From: an uncultured Gammaproteobacteria bacterium
GTDB lineage: Bacteria; Patescibacteriota; Patescibacteriia; Patescibacteriales; WJLG01
Direction of reading: 5' to 3'
Assembly (NCBI GenBank): GCA_964395625.1
Contig: CAYNAR010000005.1
Location: forward strand, 6,537 to 70,536
Length of the DNA stretch: 64,000 bases
In this document: positions 1-8,975 of the stretch, one piece after another
Layout of the letters: every line of letters starts with the position of its first letter
Position numbering within the stretch: the stretch's first letter is position 1
Position numbers and translations under genes: made by a program
The notes under the pieces: generated by a model
What the model was told of the DNA's origin: nothing
Databases searched by the model: none
Seen by the model: the letters and a program-made list of their open reading frames with translations, nothing else

Positions 1-4
1 CAAT

Positions 5-628
5 GTGCGTGACATAATGGACAAGCAGAAGATTCTTCTAGTCGATCTTTCTAAAGGCAAGATAGGTGACATGAACGCCCATCTTCTAGGTTTGATAATC
101 GTCGGAAAGATATTGATGTCGGCTTTGTCGCGTGCCGATATGCCCGATACCGCTCGCAAGGATTTTTATCTGTATATCGACGAGTTTCAAAATTTCACCA
201 CTGATTCCATTAACACCATTCTATCCGAGGCTAGAAAATATGGTCTTAATTTGGTCATAGCTCATCAGTATCTTGGACAGCTTGGGCGCGAGGCGGATAA
301 CATAAAGTCGGCCGTCTTCGGAAACGTCGGGTCTTGGTTCACCTTCAAGATCGGTTCGGAGGATGCCGAGGTATTGGAGAAAGAGTATTCACCGGTCTTT
401 AATCAATACGATCTGATAAATATCGAAAATCGCACATGTTACGCCAAACTCTTGATCGATAACACCGCTAGTCGTCCATTCTCTATGCGTACAGCCACTT
501 GGCCACCGGAAAATAGTAATTTAATTCCCGGTCTATCCGACAAGATAAAGGCCTTATCTCGTTTAAAGTATGGTCGTGACAGGGCTCTGGTGGAGGCGGA
601 GATAAACGCAAGACTTAAATTCTTTTGA
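5..628 (+). CDS. C-terminal fragment (5' truncated by window edge) of a TraD/VirD4/TrwB-like type IV secretion coupling-protein-family ATPase
   Basis: Translation has a Walker-B-like 'LYIDEFQNF' and an 'IAHQYLGQL' motif resembling the TrwB/TraD Q-x-x-QL region. The ORF runs to the window start with no upstream start. Family assignment rests on motif memory only. Confidence 0.5.
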   Translation: MRDIMDKQKILLVDLSKGKIGDMNAHLLGLIIVGKILMSALSRADMPDTARKDFYLYIDEFQNFTTDSINTILSEARKYGLNLVIAHQYLGQLGREADNIKSAVFGNVGSWFTFKIGSEDAEVLEKEYSPVFNQYDLINIENRTCYAKLLIDNTASRPFSMRTATWPPENSNLIPGLSDKIKALSRLKYGRDRALVEAEINARLKFF

Positions 629-745
629 CGATAATTCCAAAAAGGAGTCGATAAAAGGGCGTTAAGCCTTTTTATTTTTTAAAAGCCATTATTTAAGGAG
701 CGCTAATTTTTGCTAAAAACATTTTTTGTGCTAGTGTAAAAGAAT

Positions 746-2647
746 ATGAACGATAAAAAGATAAAACTCGAATTATTAGCCCCGGCCGGTAATTTGGAAT
801 CAGGGAAAGCGGCTATCTTGGCCGGTGCCGACGCCGTCTATGTGGGCGGTCCGGATTTTTCGGCGCGCGTAGCCGCCGCCAATAGATGGGACGACGTCAA
901 AAGCTTAGTTGATTTCGCTCACCAATATTACGCTCGCGTCTATTTGGCCTTGAATACTATATTGTTTGATAACGAGCTTTCCGCCGCCAAGAAGGCTATA
1001 GAAAAGGCTTATGAGATAGGTGTCGACGCTGTGATAATTCAGGATCTTGGTATTTTGAATATGGAACTCCCGCCGATTAAGTTGTTCGCTTCCACACAAA
1101 CGGATAATTACGACGTAGAGAGGATGAAGTTTTTAGCTTCTGCCGGACTGGAGAGGATTATTTTGGCTAGAGAATTGTCTCTAGAACAAATTAAGAGTAT
1201 TAGCGCTCAATTGCCTGGCGTCGAATTGGAGGCCTTCGTCCATGGGGCTTTATGCGTTTCTTTCTCCGGACGTTGCTTTTTTTCTGCCGCCCTTTCCGGC
1301 CGTAGCGCCAATCGCGGACAATGTCAGCAGGTCTGTCGCTTGCCTTTTGATCTGATCGACACCGGTGGCAAGGTTTTAGCGAAGAATAAATATCTCTTAT
1401 CCCTTAAAGATTTTAATTTATCCGGACATCTCGAGGAGTTGGCTTCTGCCGGCGTATCTTCTTTTAAGATAGAAGGACGACTTAAGGATGCCGTCTATGT
1501 AGCCAATGTTACGGCCAGCTATCGTAAGGAACTCGATTCTCTGATAGCTTCCAATAGCGATAAGTACGAAAAAGCCTCCTCCGGTAGGGTGGAGTTGTCT
1601 TTTAGCCCTGACGTCAATAAGACCTTTAATCGCGGATATACGGAATACTTCTTTTCCGGACGTAAGAAAGAGCCGGTCATCTCTCCTGATAATAATAAAT
1701 CCTTGGGCGAGCTTATCGGTGTCGCAAGAGCTTGTGTCCCACCGAAGAAGATAAAGGGCGATTTGAATAAGGATGGCTATTTCGTCATGGAGGAGGAACA
1801 TGATTTGAAAAATGGCGACGGCATCTGCTGGCTTTCATCGAGTGGCGAACTGATCGGAACTAATGTCAACTTGGTAGAAGAAGGACGTATCTATCCGAAT
1901 AAGTTGCCGTTACCGACTAACGGGGTGGAAATCTATCGCAATCAGGATCTTGCTTTCGAGAGGGCGGTGACGGCCGGATCGAAGAGGGCAGTGAGGGTTG
2001 ATTGGTCGGTTAGGGAGCTTGAAAAAGGTTTGTCGATAAGCGTCGAGGACGAGGATGGTAATTTTGTGGAAGAGATGTTTCCTTGTGAGAAGAGGATAGC
2101 TCAAAAGGGTCCGGCCGCCGAAGACGATTGGCGAAAACAGCTGTCGAAAAGTGGTGTTTCAATTTTTTATACAGGAGAAGTCGAGTTTTCTTGGGAAAAA
2201 CCATTGTTCGCTCCAGTCTCCGTAATCAACGACTATCGAAGAAAATTATTGGAATCTTTGTTCAAGAAAAGAAAGGAGAACTATCCAAGAAAGACAGGAC
2301 GAAGGGCGGAGTTGGAAAAACAATATGCTAACGAATCTTTTTGGCCGGTCGGCAAAAAGATAGACTATTCTTTCAATATAGCCAATTCTTTGGCGAAGGA
2401 TTTTTATAGTTCTCGCGGTGGTGAAGACATCGAAGAGGCTTTCGAGAAGCTTCCGGGCGGTAAAGGCAGACGCTTGATGACGACGAAGCATTGTTTGCGC
2501 CATTGGCTGGGGTACTGTACAAAAAATGTAGACAATGGAAAAGCTCCTTTTAGGGAGCCGTTATACCTGGTCAGAGATGGCAAAAAGTATCGACTTCGCT
2601 TCGATTGCGCGAATTGTCAGATGGAGATCTATGGCGAGAACGATTAG
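746..2647 (+). CDS. Peptidase U32 family protein, long form (RlhA/YdcP-like)
   Basis: N-terminal 'LELLAPAGNLESGKAAILAGADAVYVGG' is the hallmark U32 motif. The 633-aa length with a C-terminal Cys-containing extension matches the long U32 (RlhA-like) architecture. Confidence 0.85.
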   Translation: MNDKKIKLELLAPAGNLESGKAAILAGADAVYVGGPDFSARVAAANRWDDVKSLVDFAHQYYARVYLALNTILFDNELSAAKKAIEKAYEIGVDAVIIQDLGILNMELPPIKLFASTQTDNYDVERMKFLASAGLERIILARELSLEQIKSISAQLPGVELEAFVHGALCVSFSGRCFFSAALSGRSANRGQCQQVCRLPFDLIDTGGKVLAKNKYLLSLKDFNLSGHLEELASAGVSSFKIEGRLKDAVYVANVTASYRKELDSLIASNSDKYEKASSGRVELSFSPDVNKTFNRGYTEYFFSGRKKEPVISPDNNKSLGELIGVARACVPPKKIKGDLNKDGYFVMEEEHDLKNGDGICWLSSSGELIGTNVNLVEEGRIYPNKLPLPTNGVEIYRNQDLAFERAVTAGSKRAVRVDWSVRELEKGLSISVEDEDGNFVEEMFPCEKRIAQKGPAAEDDWRKQLSKSGVSIFYTGEVEFSWEKPLFAPVSVINDYRRKLLESLFKKRKENYPRKTGRRAELEKQYANESFWPVGKKIDYSFNIANSLAKDFYSSRGGEDIEEAFEKLPGGKGRRLMTTKHCLRHWLGYCTKNVDNGKAPFREPLYLVRDGKKYRLRFDCANCQMEIYGEND

Positions 2648-2748
2648 AGGAGGGCAGTCGTCCTTTTTCTTGATAAAAAGTTTTTTTTAGGATATTATTT
2701 AGTTGTGAATTAAAAACAAAAAAATAAAGTCAAAAACAAAATAAAAAT

Positions 2749-3486
2749 ATGAGCGAGGTGATTTTAAAACAGTCCGGGGCGTCCGGCGATGAGGATTTGG
2801 GCGCTTATGGATTCCACGAAGAAAAAGACGACGAAGTCCTGGAGGACGATGACGAGGTCGGCGGAGTGCTATCCGATTATGACGATGACGATGAAAGCGC
2901 TGACGATTCGGAATTCGAAGAGGATGATGGTTTTATTTCCTTATCCAAGAATAAGGTAGTCATAATAAAGAAACTTTTGGAGAATATTAAAGATAGTAAC
3001 GAGAAATTGATCGCTTTACTGGGAGGTTTGGTTTCCCCGGAAGACGAGGCTAGAATAGGTCTATCGGAAGTTTCCGATGGTATTGAGGCGGTCCAGCAGT
3101 CTTTCAGCGATTCGGATAATGTCATAGAAGGCGTCTTCGACGGTCAGAATATGATCGGTCCGGACGGTAAACAATACAGCATTCCGGCTAACTATGCCTC
3201 TAAATCGAAATTGGTCGAAGGAGATATGTTGAAATTGACCATTACCGATCGAGGCGCTTTCGTCTATAAACAGACTAAGCCGATAGATAGAAAAAGAGTG
3301 ATGGGTGTATTAGAGAAGGACGAGGAAGGGAATTATATGGTAGTCAACGAGACTGGAAAATGGCGCGTATTGACCGCCAGTATAACTTATTTCAAGGGCG
3401 TTCCCGGAGATAAAGCTGTGGTTCTTGTGCCGTCTTTCGGGGAGAGTCAATGGGGTGCTGTCGAGAATGTCATTAGAAACGGATAG
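2749..3486 (+). CDS. Hypothetical protein with a strongly acidic N-terminal low-complexity region
   Basis: Clean 245-aa ORF in the same orientation as its neighbours. Residues ~20-65 are D/E-rich (DDDEVGG...DDDDESADDSEFEEDDG). No recognisable catalytic motif. Confidence 0.5.
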   Translation: MSEVILKQSGASGDEDLGAYGFHEEKDDEVLEDDDEVGGVLSDYDDDDESADDSEFEEDDGFISLSKNKVVIIKKLLENIKDSNEKLIALLGGLVSPEDEARIGLSEVSDGIEAVQQSFSDSDNVIEGVFDGQNMIGPDGKQYSIPANYASKSKLVEGDMLKLTITDRGAFVYKQTKPIDRKRVMGVLEKDEEGNYMVVNETGKWRVLTASITYFKGVPGDKAVVLVPSFGESQWGAVENVIRNG

Positions 3487-3598
3487 GCAAGATTAAAGAT
3501 GTAAAATGCTAAGTTTGGAATGAATAAACAAGGGGAGAATGTTTTGCCTTAGCTTGTTTTTTTCATTTTAAATTTTCATTTTACTTTTTTTATTTTTT

Positions 3599-5332
3599 AT
3601 GGCGACTCTATACAGAAAATATCGTCCTCAGGCTTTTGCCGACGCTGTGGGCCAAAATCATATCAAATTGACGGTTCAAAGCGAGTTGGCGACGGGTAAG
3701 ATTGCTCACGCCTACCTGTTTTGCGGTCCGCGAGCGGTCGGAAAGACGACATTTGCTCGTCTTTTGGCTAAATCGATAAATTGTTTGAATAGAAAGGAGA
3801 ACGAATTCGAGCCTTGCGGACAATGCAGTTCTTGTTCGGATATCAGCGATGGTCGGGCCTTGGACGTCATAGAGATAGATGCCGCTTCCAATACTGGCGT
3901 GGATAACGTTCGCGAAAACGTCATCGCTTCGGCTAGGGTCTCTCCGTCGAAATCCAAATTCAAAGTCTTCATCATCGACGAGGTACACATGCTTTCGATT
4001 TCGGCTTTTAACGCTTTGCTTAAAGTATTGGAGGAGCCACCGCAAAGAGTCGTCTTCGTTCTTTGCACGACGGAGACTCATAAGGTTCCAGCTACGATCA
4101 TATCTCGTTGTGAGAGATTCGATTTTAAGCGCATAGGACAGGCCGATATAATCAAAAAGCTCTCTCGTATCGCCCGTGAGGAAAAGATAAAAGTCAGTGA
4201 CGAGATCCTTGAGGCTGTCGCCAGACAGTCCGAGGGACATATGCGTGACGCCGAGAGTCTATTCGGTCAATTGGTCGCTATCGGCGGACAGGAGATAAGC
4301 GCTAAGGAGGCCGATTTGGTCATTCCTCGTTCCGCCGTGGGCGAGATAGTGAAGCTCGTCGAATGTTTGACTAAGAAGGACGGTTCAACAGCTATCGCTT
4401 TAGTTAATAAACTGTTAGACGATGGCGTCGATTTGGAGAAGTTTTTATCGGACTTGATAGAGTTGATGAGGAAGATTTTGATATATAAGATAAATCCGGC
4501 ATTGGGGGAAAAGCTCGGCTTGGATATTGGAGAGTCTTATGAGATTAAGATAAACGAACTCAAGAAGGATATATCCATCGAAAGAATGGTCTTGTTTCTG
4601 GAAAAGATGATGTCCGCGAGAGTGGCGATGAAGAGTTCCTTTATAACGCAATTGCCTTTGGAGATGGCTATAGCGGAGCTTTGTTTGGATAATGCTCCGG
4701 TTTCTCGCGCTTTGCCGACATCCGGCGTCGTTCCGCAAGCCGCTCCACGCGCCTATTCGGCACCGGTTCAACATGTGCAACCGGTTGTTTCAACTCCTCA
4801 GCATCAATCGGCCCCCAGTGTGCAAGCAGAGGCTCCACAGGCCACTCAGAACGTCGGCCCAGCTTCGGACCTTAAAATGACTAAGGAGGATTTTGGCGTT
4901 CGCTGGGGTGAATTTTTGGCCAAGATGAAGACTAGTAATCATGCCCTTTCTTTTATTTTGCGTACTTGTCAACAGCGCGGTGTCGACGGTGGTAAGGTTT
5001 GTTTGGCTTTTAAATATAAATTCCATAAAGATCGCGTCAATGAGGCTAAGATGAGAGAGGCGATACAGCAGACTTTGCGAGAAGTATATAATTCTAATTT
5101 ATCCTTCGAGGCCATTATAGACGAGACTATGGAAATAGAAGGCGGAAATAGTGCGAATAGCGGAGGAGTGGAGACGGGTTCTCCTTCCTTCTCCATGGAT
5201 TCTTCGAACATCCCTCTTCCTGACGAAAATCAATCCGGCGCCCAGGCTAGTTCCGAGACTCCTGCAACTCCGGCCGGCGGAGATTTGATGAGTGACCTTC
5301 TAAAGACTTTCGGCGGCAAGGTCGTCGGCTAA
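3599..5332 (+). CDS. dnaX: DNA polymerase III subunit gamma/tau
   Basis: 'YRKYRPQAFADAVGQNHI' followed by a Walker A 'GPRAVGKTT' and the Zn-module 'CGQCSSC' are diagnostic of DnaX. The C-terminal half is a Pro/Gln-rich linker. Confidence 0.9.
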   Translation: MATLYRKYRPQAFADAVGQNHIKLTVQSELATGKIAHAYLFCGPRAVGKTTFARLLAKSINCLNRKENEFEPCGQCSSCSDISDGRALDVIEIDAASNTGVDNVRENVIASARVSPSKSKFKVFIIDEVHMLSISAFNALLKVLEEPPQRVVFVLCTTETHKVPATIISRCERFDFKRIGQADIIKKLSRIAREEKIKVSDEILEAVARQSEGHMRDAESLFGQLVAIGGQEISAKEADLVIPRSAVGEIVKLVECLTKKDGSTAIALVNKLLDDGVDLEKFLSDLIELMRKILIYKINPALGEKLGLDIGESYEIKINELKKDISIERMVLFLEKMMSARVAMKSSFITQLPLEMAIAELCLDNAPVSRALPTSGVVPQAAPRAYSAPVQHVQPVVSTPQHQSAPSVQAEAPQATQNVGPASDLKMTKEDFGVRWGEFLAKMKTSNHALSFILRTCQQRGVDGGKVCLAFKYKFHKDRVNEAKMREAIQQTLREVYNSNLSFEAIIDETMEIEGGNSANSGGVETGSPSFSMDSSNIPLPDENQSGAQASSETPATPAGGDLMSDLLKTFGGKVVG

Positions 5333-5358
5333 AAATTATTAAAGTAAGAATAAAAAAA

Positions 5359-6042
5359 ATGGAAGTTTTCACTAAAGGCTTTAGCGTGATAATTCCCACT
5401 CGAGAAGAGGAGTCGACTATCGGCGATATGGTGAAGAAGTGTCGTATCTATTGCGATGATGTGATAGTCATCGACGGGCATTCCAAAGACAAGACTCGGG
5501 AGATTGCACAATCTTTTGGGGCTCGCGTCGTTTTGGATAACAAGAGAGGGAAAGGTGATGCCATGAAGGTCGGCGTCGGCGCTTCTAATAATCCTATAAT
5601 AGTTTTTATCGATGCCGACGGATCGCACGAGCCTTCGGATATTCCCGCTATGGTAGAAAAGATAAGGCAAGGTAACGACTTAGTCGTCGCCTCGCGCATG
5701 CTCGGTGGTAGCGACGAGCTTCATGGGACATTGGATAACGTCGTTAGGGCTACGGCCAGCGGTTTGATGGCTGTGGCCATAAATTGGCGCTGGAAGCCCG
5801 GGATAACGGACGTTTTGAACGGTTTTCGCGGGATTAAAAAGGAAGTTTTTGAAAAGATAGATTTGAAGCAGGATGGTTTTCTGATAGAACATGAAATGAT
5901 CGTGAATACCCTGAAGAAAGGATTCAAGATGGCCGAGATATCCTCTCATGAATATGAAAGAAAGGGAGGTTGCTCTAAGTTGCCGACTTCGCAAGGATGG
6001 AAATTCGTCTTCCATTTTTTGTGGCAGATGCTAACGAAATAA
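5359..6042 (+). CDS. Glycosyltransferase family 2 (dolichyl/polyprenyl-phosphate sugar transferase-like)
   Basis: 'VIIPTREEESTIGDMV...VIVIDGHSKDKTREIA' and the 'DADGSH' (DxD-type) motif are typical of GT2 DPM1-like enzymes. Confidence 0.85.
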   Translation: MEVFTKGFSVIIPTREEESTIGDMVKKCRIYCDDVIVIDGHSKDKTREIAQSFGARVVLDNKRGKGDAMKVGVGASNNPIIVFIDADGSHEPSDIPAMVEKIRQGNDLVVASRMLGGSDELHGTLDNVVRATASGLMAVAINWRWKPGITDVLNGFRGIKKEVFEKIDLKQDGFLIEHEMIVNTLKKGFKMAEISSHEYERKGGCSKLPTSQGWKFVFHFLWQMLTK

Positions 6043-6052
6043 TTTTACATCG

Positions 6053-7492
6053 ATGAAGATACTCTTAATAAATCCGCCTACGCCTGACAATCAAACTTGG
6101 GTTAGGGAGGGGAGATGCCAACAATACGATATTTGGGGTGCTCCTTTCGTACCGCTCAGTCTGGCTTCCATAGCCGGTCAGATCAAAGACGAGCACGAGG
6201 TTTTGTTGTTGGACTGCGCTCCTGAGAAGATTCCTTTGGCGGATGTCTTGAAAAAGATAGAGGATTTTTCGCCGGAGTTGATTTTTTTAAGCACTGCGAC
6301 CCCGACCATAAAGAACGATTTGGGTTGGTTTGTTCCGGCCGTCAAAGAAAGGAAGCCGAATATCAAGATTGCGGCGATAGGTATTCATGTCTCCACTTTG
6401 CCTAAAGAAGTGCTGACGCAGTTTTCCGGATTGGATTTTATCGTTATGAGCGAGCCGGAAATGATAGCTAAAGATTTGGTCGAAAAGATGTCGACCGGTG
6501 AAGATTTTTCTATTGTAAACGGCTTGGCTTGGAGGAATGGTTCTAGCGTCGTCGTCAATCCGCCTAGGGCTTTTTTGGAGAATTTGGACGATTTGAAGTT
6601 TCCTTTTTGGAAGGGCGTCGATTTCAAGAATTATATAATGCCGATAATAGGCCGTCCTTTCGTTTTGATTTCCGTCATGCGCGGTTGCCCGTTCAATTGT
6701 AAGTTTTGCGCTTCGCATTCTTATAACGGAAAAAAGATAAGGAAAAGAAGCCCGAAGAATATAATCGCCGAAATAGAGGAGTATGTAAGGAATGGCATAA
6801 CCGATTTTTTGTTTTGGGCGGAATTTTTGACCTCCGACTTCGACTATTTGAACGAATTGTTGAGTGAATTGGAGAAAAGCGGCTTGACCGAGAAAATCCG
6901 TTGGGTCACTAATAGTCGCGTCGATTACGCCGACGAGGCGTTATTCAGGAGAATGAAGAAGGCGGGCTGTTGGCAGGTCGTCTATGGGATAGAGTTCGGA
7001 TCCGATGAAATATTGAAGCTTTCGGCCAAAGGTGGAAAAGCCAGTGTCGAGCAGGCTCGCAAAGCGGTCGATGCCGCTAAAAACGCCGGTTTGGTCGTCG
7101 ATGGTCATTTTGTCATGGGTTATCCAGGAGAAAGTAAGACGACGCTTGCCCAGACTATTGATTTGGCCGTTTCCCTGCCTTTAACCTTCGCTCATTTTTA
7201 TGCCGCTTCGCCGTTTCCAGGCTCTGAATTGTACGTCGAAGCGTTGAATAATGGTTGGGTGATAGAGAAGGACTTCGGTAAGGTGAATCAGAACGAATAC
7301 AATATGAAGGTCGGAGAGCTCGATCCGCAAACGATCCATTCGTATATCGGCATGGCCTATAAGAAATTCTATATGCGCCCGGTAGTCTTTTGGAGGATAG
7401 CCACAATAGCTAAAACTCTTGCGGAATTTTTCAATATAACTCGTCTCGGTCTTAAATTTTTCGGACAATTAGCCTTAAAAAGGAAGGATTGA
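6053..7492 (+). CDS. B12-binding domain-containing radical SAM protein
   Basis: N-terminal Rossmann-like B12-binding region (MKILLINPP...) followed by a radical SAM 'CPFNCKFC' cluster. Confidence 0.85.
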   Translation: MKILLINPPTPDNQTWVREGRCQQYDIWGAPFVPLSLASIAGQIKDEHEVLLLDCAPEKIPLADVLKKIEDFSPELIFLSTATPTIKNDLGWFVPAVKERKPNIKIAAIGIHVSTLPKEVLTQFSGLDFIVMSEPEMIAKDLVEKMSTGEDFSIVNGLAWRNGSSVVVNPPRAFLENLDDLKFPFWKGVDFKNYIMPIIGRPFVLISVMRGCPFNCKFCASHSYNGKKIRKRSPKNIIAEIEEYVRNGITDFLFWAEFLTSDFDYLNELLSELEKSGLTEKIRWVTNSRVDYADEALFRRMKKAGCWQVVYGIEFGSDEILKLSAKGGKASVEQARKAVDAAKNAGLVVDGHFVMGYPGESKTTLAQTIDLAVSLPLTFAHFYAASPFPGSELYVEALNNGWVIEKDFGKVNQNEYNMKVGELDPQTIHSYIGMAYKKFYMRPVVFWRIATIAKTLAEFFNITRLGLKFFGQLALKRKD

Positions 7493-7518
7493 ATTTTTTT
7501 TCATCTTTTGCTAAATTA

Positions 7519-7547
7519 TTGACAAGAGACATTGCCTCTGTTAAGGT
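7519..7547 (+). promoter_or_regulatory. Putative sigma70-type promoter for tRNA-Gln (-35 TTGACA, 17-nt spacer, -10 TAAGGT)
   Basis: TTGACA at 7519-7524 and TAAGGT at 7542-7547, about 25 nt upstream of the tRNA 5' end. Read by eye from the sequence. Confidence 0.35.
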
Positions 7548-7572
7548 GATGTCTGTCTGTCGTTTTTATTTT

Positions 7573-7644
7573 GGGAGATCGTCCAACGGTAGGACGCCGC
7601 GCTCTGGACGCGGTAATCATGGTTCGAATCCATGTCTCCCAGCA
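7573..7644 (+). tRNA. tRNA-Gln (anticodon CUG)
   Basis: Cloverleaf read directly. Acceptor stem GGGAGAU/GUCUCCC with a U7:G66 wobble. D-loop AACGGUA. Anticodon stem CCGCG/CGCGG with loop CUCUGGA (U33, anticodon CUG). T-arm AUGG-UUCGAAU-CCAU, discriminator A, then GCA (CCA not encoded). Short 3-bp D-stem as in E. coli tRNA-Gln. Confidence 0.8.
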
Positions 7645-7655
7645 GATACAACAAG

Positions 7656-7682
7656 ATCCCAGCCCAAAGCTGGGATTTTGTT
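7656..7682 (+). terminator. Rho-independent terminator hairpin after tRNA-Gln
   Basis: AUCCCAGC-CCAAA-GCUGGGAU perfect 8-bp stem followed by UUUUGUU. Confidence 0.6.
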
Positions 7683-7720
7683 ATATAATTCTGAGAACAT
7701 TGTGTATTATTTTTGGTAAT

Positions 7721-7762
7721 AAAAAACCCGCCGACCTCTTCGATCGAGCGGGTGTTTTTTTA
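7721..7762. terminator. Bidirectional terminator (A-run / GC hairpin / T-run) between tRNA-Gln (+) and ankyrin gene (-)
   Basis: AAAAAA-CCCGCCGA...UCGAGCGGG-UGUUUUUUU. The stop codon of the minus-strand ankyrin gene (7760-7762) lies in the T-run. Confidence 0.6.
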
Positions 7763-8782
7763 TTTCCACCATTTTTTCTTAGGAGATTCGGTTAAACTAT
7801 TCAAGTATTGCTCTATTCTTGTGTATCCCTTGCTTTTCGCATATTGCGATAGCGTCATGCCTTTGTAATAGCCTTTATAATCGGCTTTGCATTCCCCGAT
7901 CAGTACTTTCACGGAGTCGAGATGATTTCCGTCTATGGCTTTTGTTAAGGCTGTGTTGAATGAATCGTCGACCGATGTTACGGCAGCTTTATGTTTAACG
8001 AGAAGTCTTATTCCTTCTTCCCATCCGTGACTGGCGGCTATGATGAGCGCCGTCAATCCGCCTATATATCTGTGATTGACGTCGGCCTTTCTTTTTTCTA
8101 TGAATAATTCGACCATCCTCGCATTCTTAGCTTCAACGACTCCTTTCAATAAGTAGTTCGGATCGGTTACTGGGATAATGGGCTTATCTTTGATGTCTTT
8201 GAGGTCTAAAAAGTATTCGACTATATCGCTATGACAATTCGTCACCGCAATATTGAAAGGTGCCGGGTTAGGGTTTTTGCTGAAGTTTACATTCGCTCCG
8301 TTCTCGACAAGAAGCTTGACTATATCCAATCTTCCTTTCTCCACGGCTATTCCTAGCGGTGTTTGTCCTTGTTTGTTGGAGATATCGGTCTTCGCCCCGT
8401 TTTTTAAGAGGCATGATATTATGGATATTTCCCGATACTCGTCTTTGATAGCGACGAGAAGCGGAGTGTTTTCGTTTGTGTCGGTAAAATCCAAGTTAGC
8501 CCCTGCTGCGATAAGAATCTCGAGATCTTTGATTATTAGGTCGGGTAGATTGTTAACCCTTCTTGTTATCGCGAAAAAAATCGCTGACCTGCCAGTCTCT
8601 TTGGGGTCGGCAGAGTTGGGATTCCCGCCATTGTTCAAGAAGGTTTTGAGCCATTTGGTGTTGCCTCCTTTTTTGGCTATTTCTGCCACCCAGTCATTCA
8701 CCTGATCATTGTCGCAGGAATCATCACTGCTTATTTCGAACATCGGCTTTTTGTCTTGGTTCGTTTTTTCCGTGGTGATCAT
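7760..8782 (-). CDS. Ankyrin-repeat protein
   Basis: Multiple ~33-aa repeats with the ankyrin signature (e.g. 'GQTPLGIAVEKGRLDIVKLLVENGANVN', 'NTPLLVAIKDEY...CLLKNGAKTD', 'GLTALIIAASHGWEEGIRLLVKHKA'). Confidence 0.75.
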   Translation of the reverse strand: MITTEKTNQDKKPMFEISSDDSCDNDQVNDWVAEIAKKGGNTKWLKTFLNNGGNPNSADPKETGRSAIFFAITRRVNNLPDLIIKDLEILIAAGANLDFTDTNENTPLLVAIKDEYREISIISCLLKNGAKTDISNKQGQTPLGIAVEKGRLDIVKLLVENGANVNFSKNPNPAPFNIAVTNCHSDIVEYFLDLKDIKDKPIIPVTDPNYLLKGVVEAKNARMVELFIEKRKADVNHRYIGGLTALIIAASHGWEEGIRLLVKHKAAVTSVDDSFNTALTKAIDGNHLDSVKVLIGECKADYKGYYKGMTLSQYAKSKGYTRIEQYLNSLTESPKKKWWK

Positions 8783-8975
8783 TTTATTCTCCTTTGTTTG
8801 TGGTAATTATATTCTTTTTAAAGAGCTACTTTTATTGGTTTATTTAATAATATTTTTTGTTTTTTGTCAATAGTCGTTGTCGGATGGGCTTTAGGTTGGC
8901 TTTTTTGATTTTTTGATATATAATTTTCTTATCACCTCGTTTATCTATAAAATTTTCGAGGTTTATTTTTTTCAA

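Noticed and set aside
3487-3598. SRP RNA (ffs) upstream of dnaX, as in Firmicutes
   Set aside because: No match to the conserved SRP domain IV motif (GGUGCUGUUUACCAGG...AGCAGCCAAGG) in the spacer.
4151-4160. Possible dnaX -1 frameshift site (AAAAAG) that would produce a gamma subunit
   Set aside because: The in-frame sequence is AUC AAA AAG. The required A AAA AAG heptamer is broken by C at 4153 and no downstream stem-loop was evident.
3608-4240. 210-aa minus-strand ORF overlapping the dnaX 5' region
   Set aside because: Antisense to dnaX, which carries diagnostic Walker A and Zn-finger motifs.
7489-7795. ORFs 7489..7719 and 7571..7795 (+)
   Set aside because: They read through the tRNA-Gln gene and its two terminator hairpins, so they are not protein-coding.
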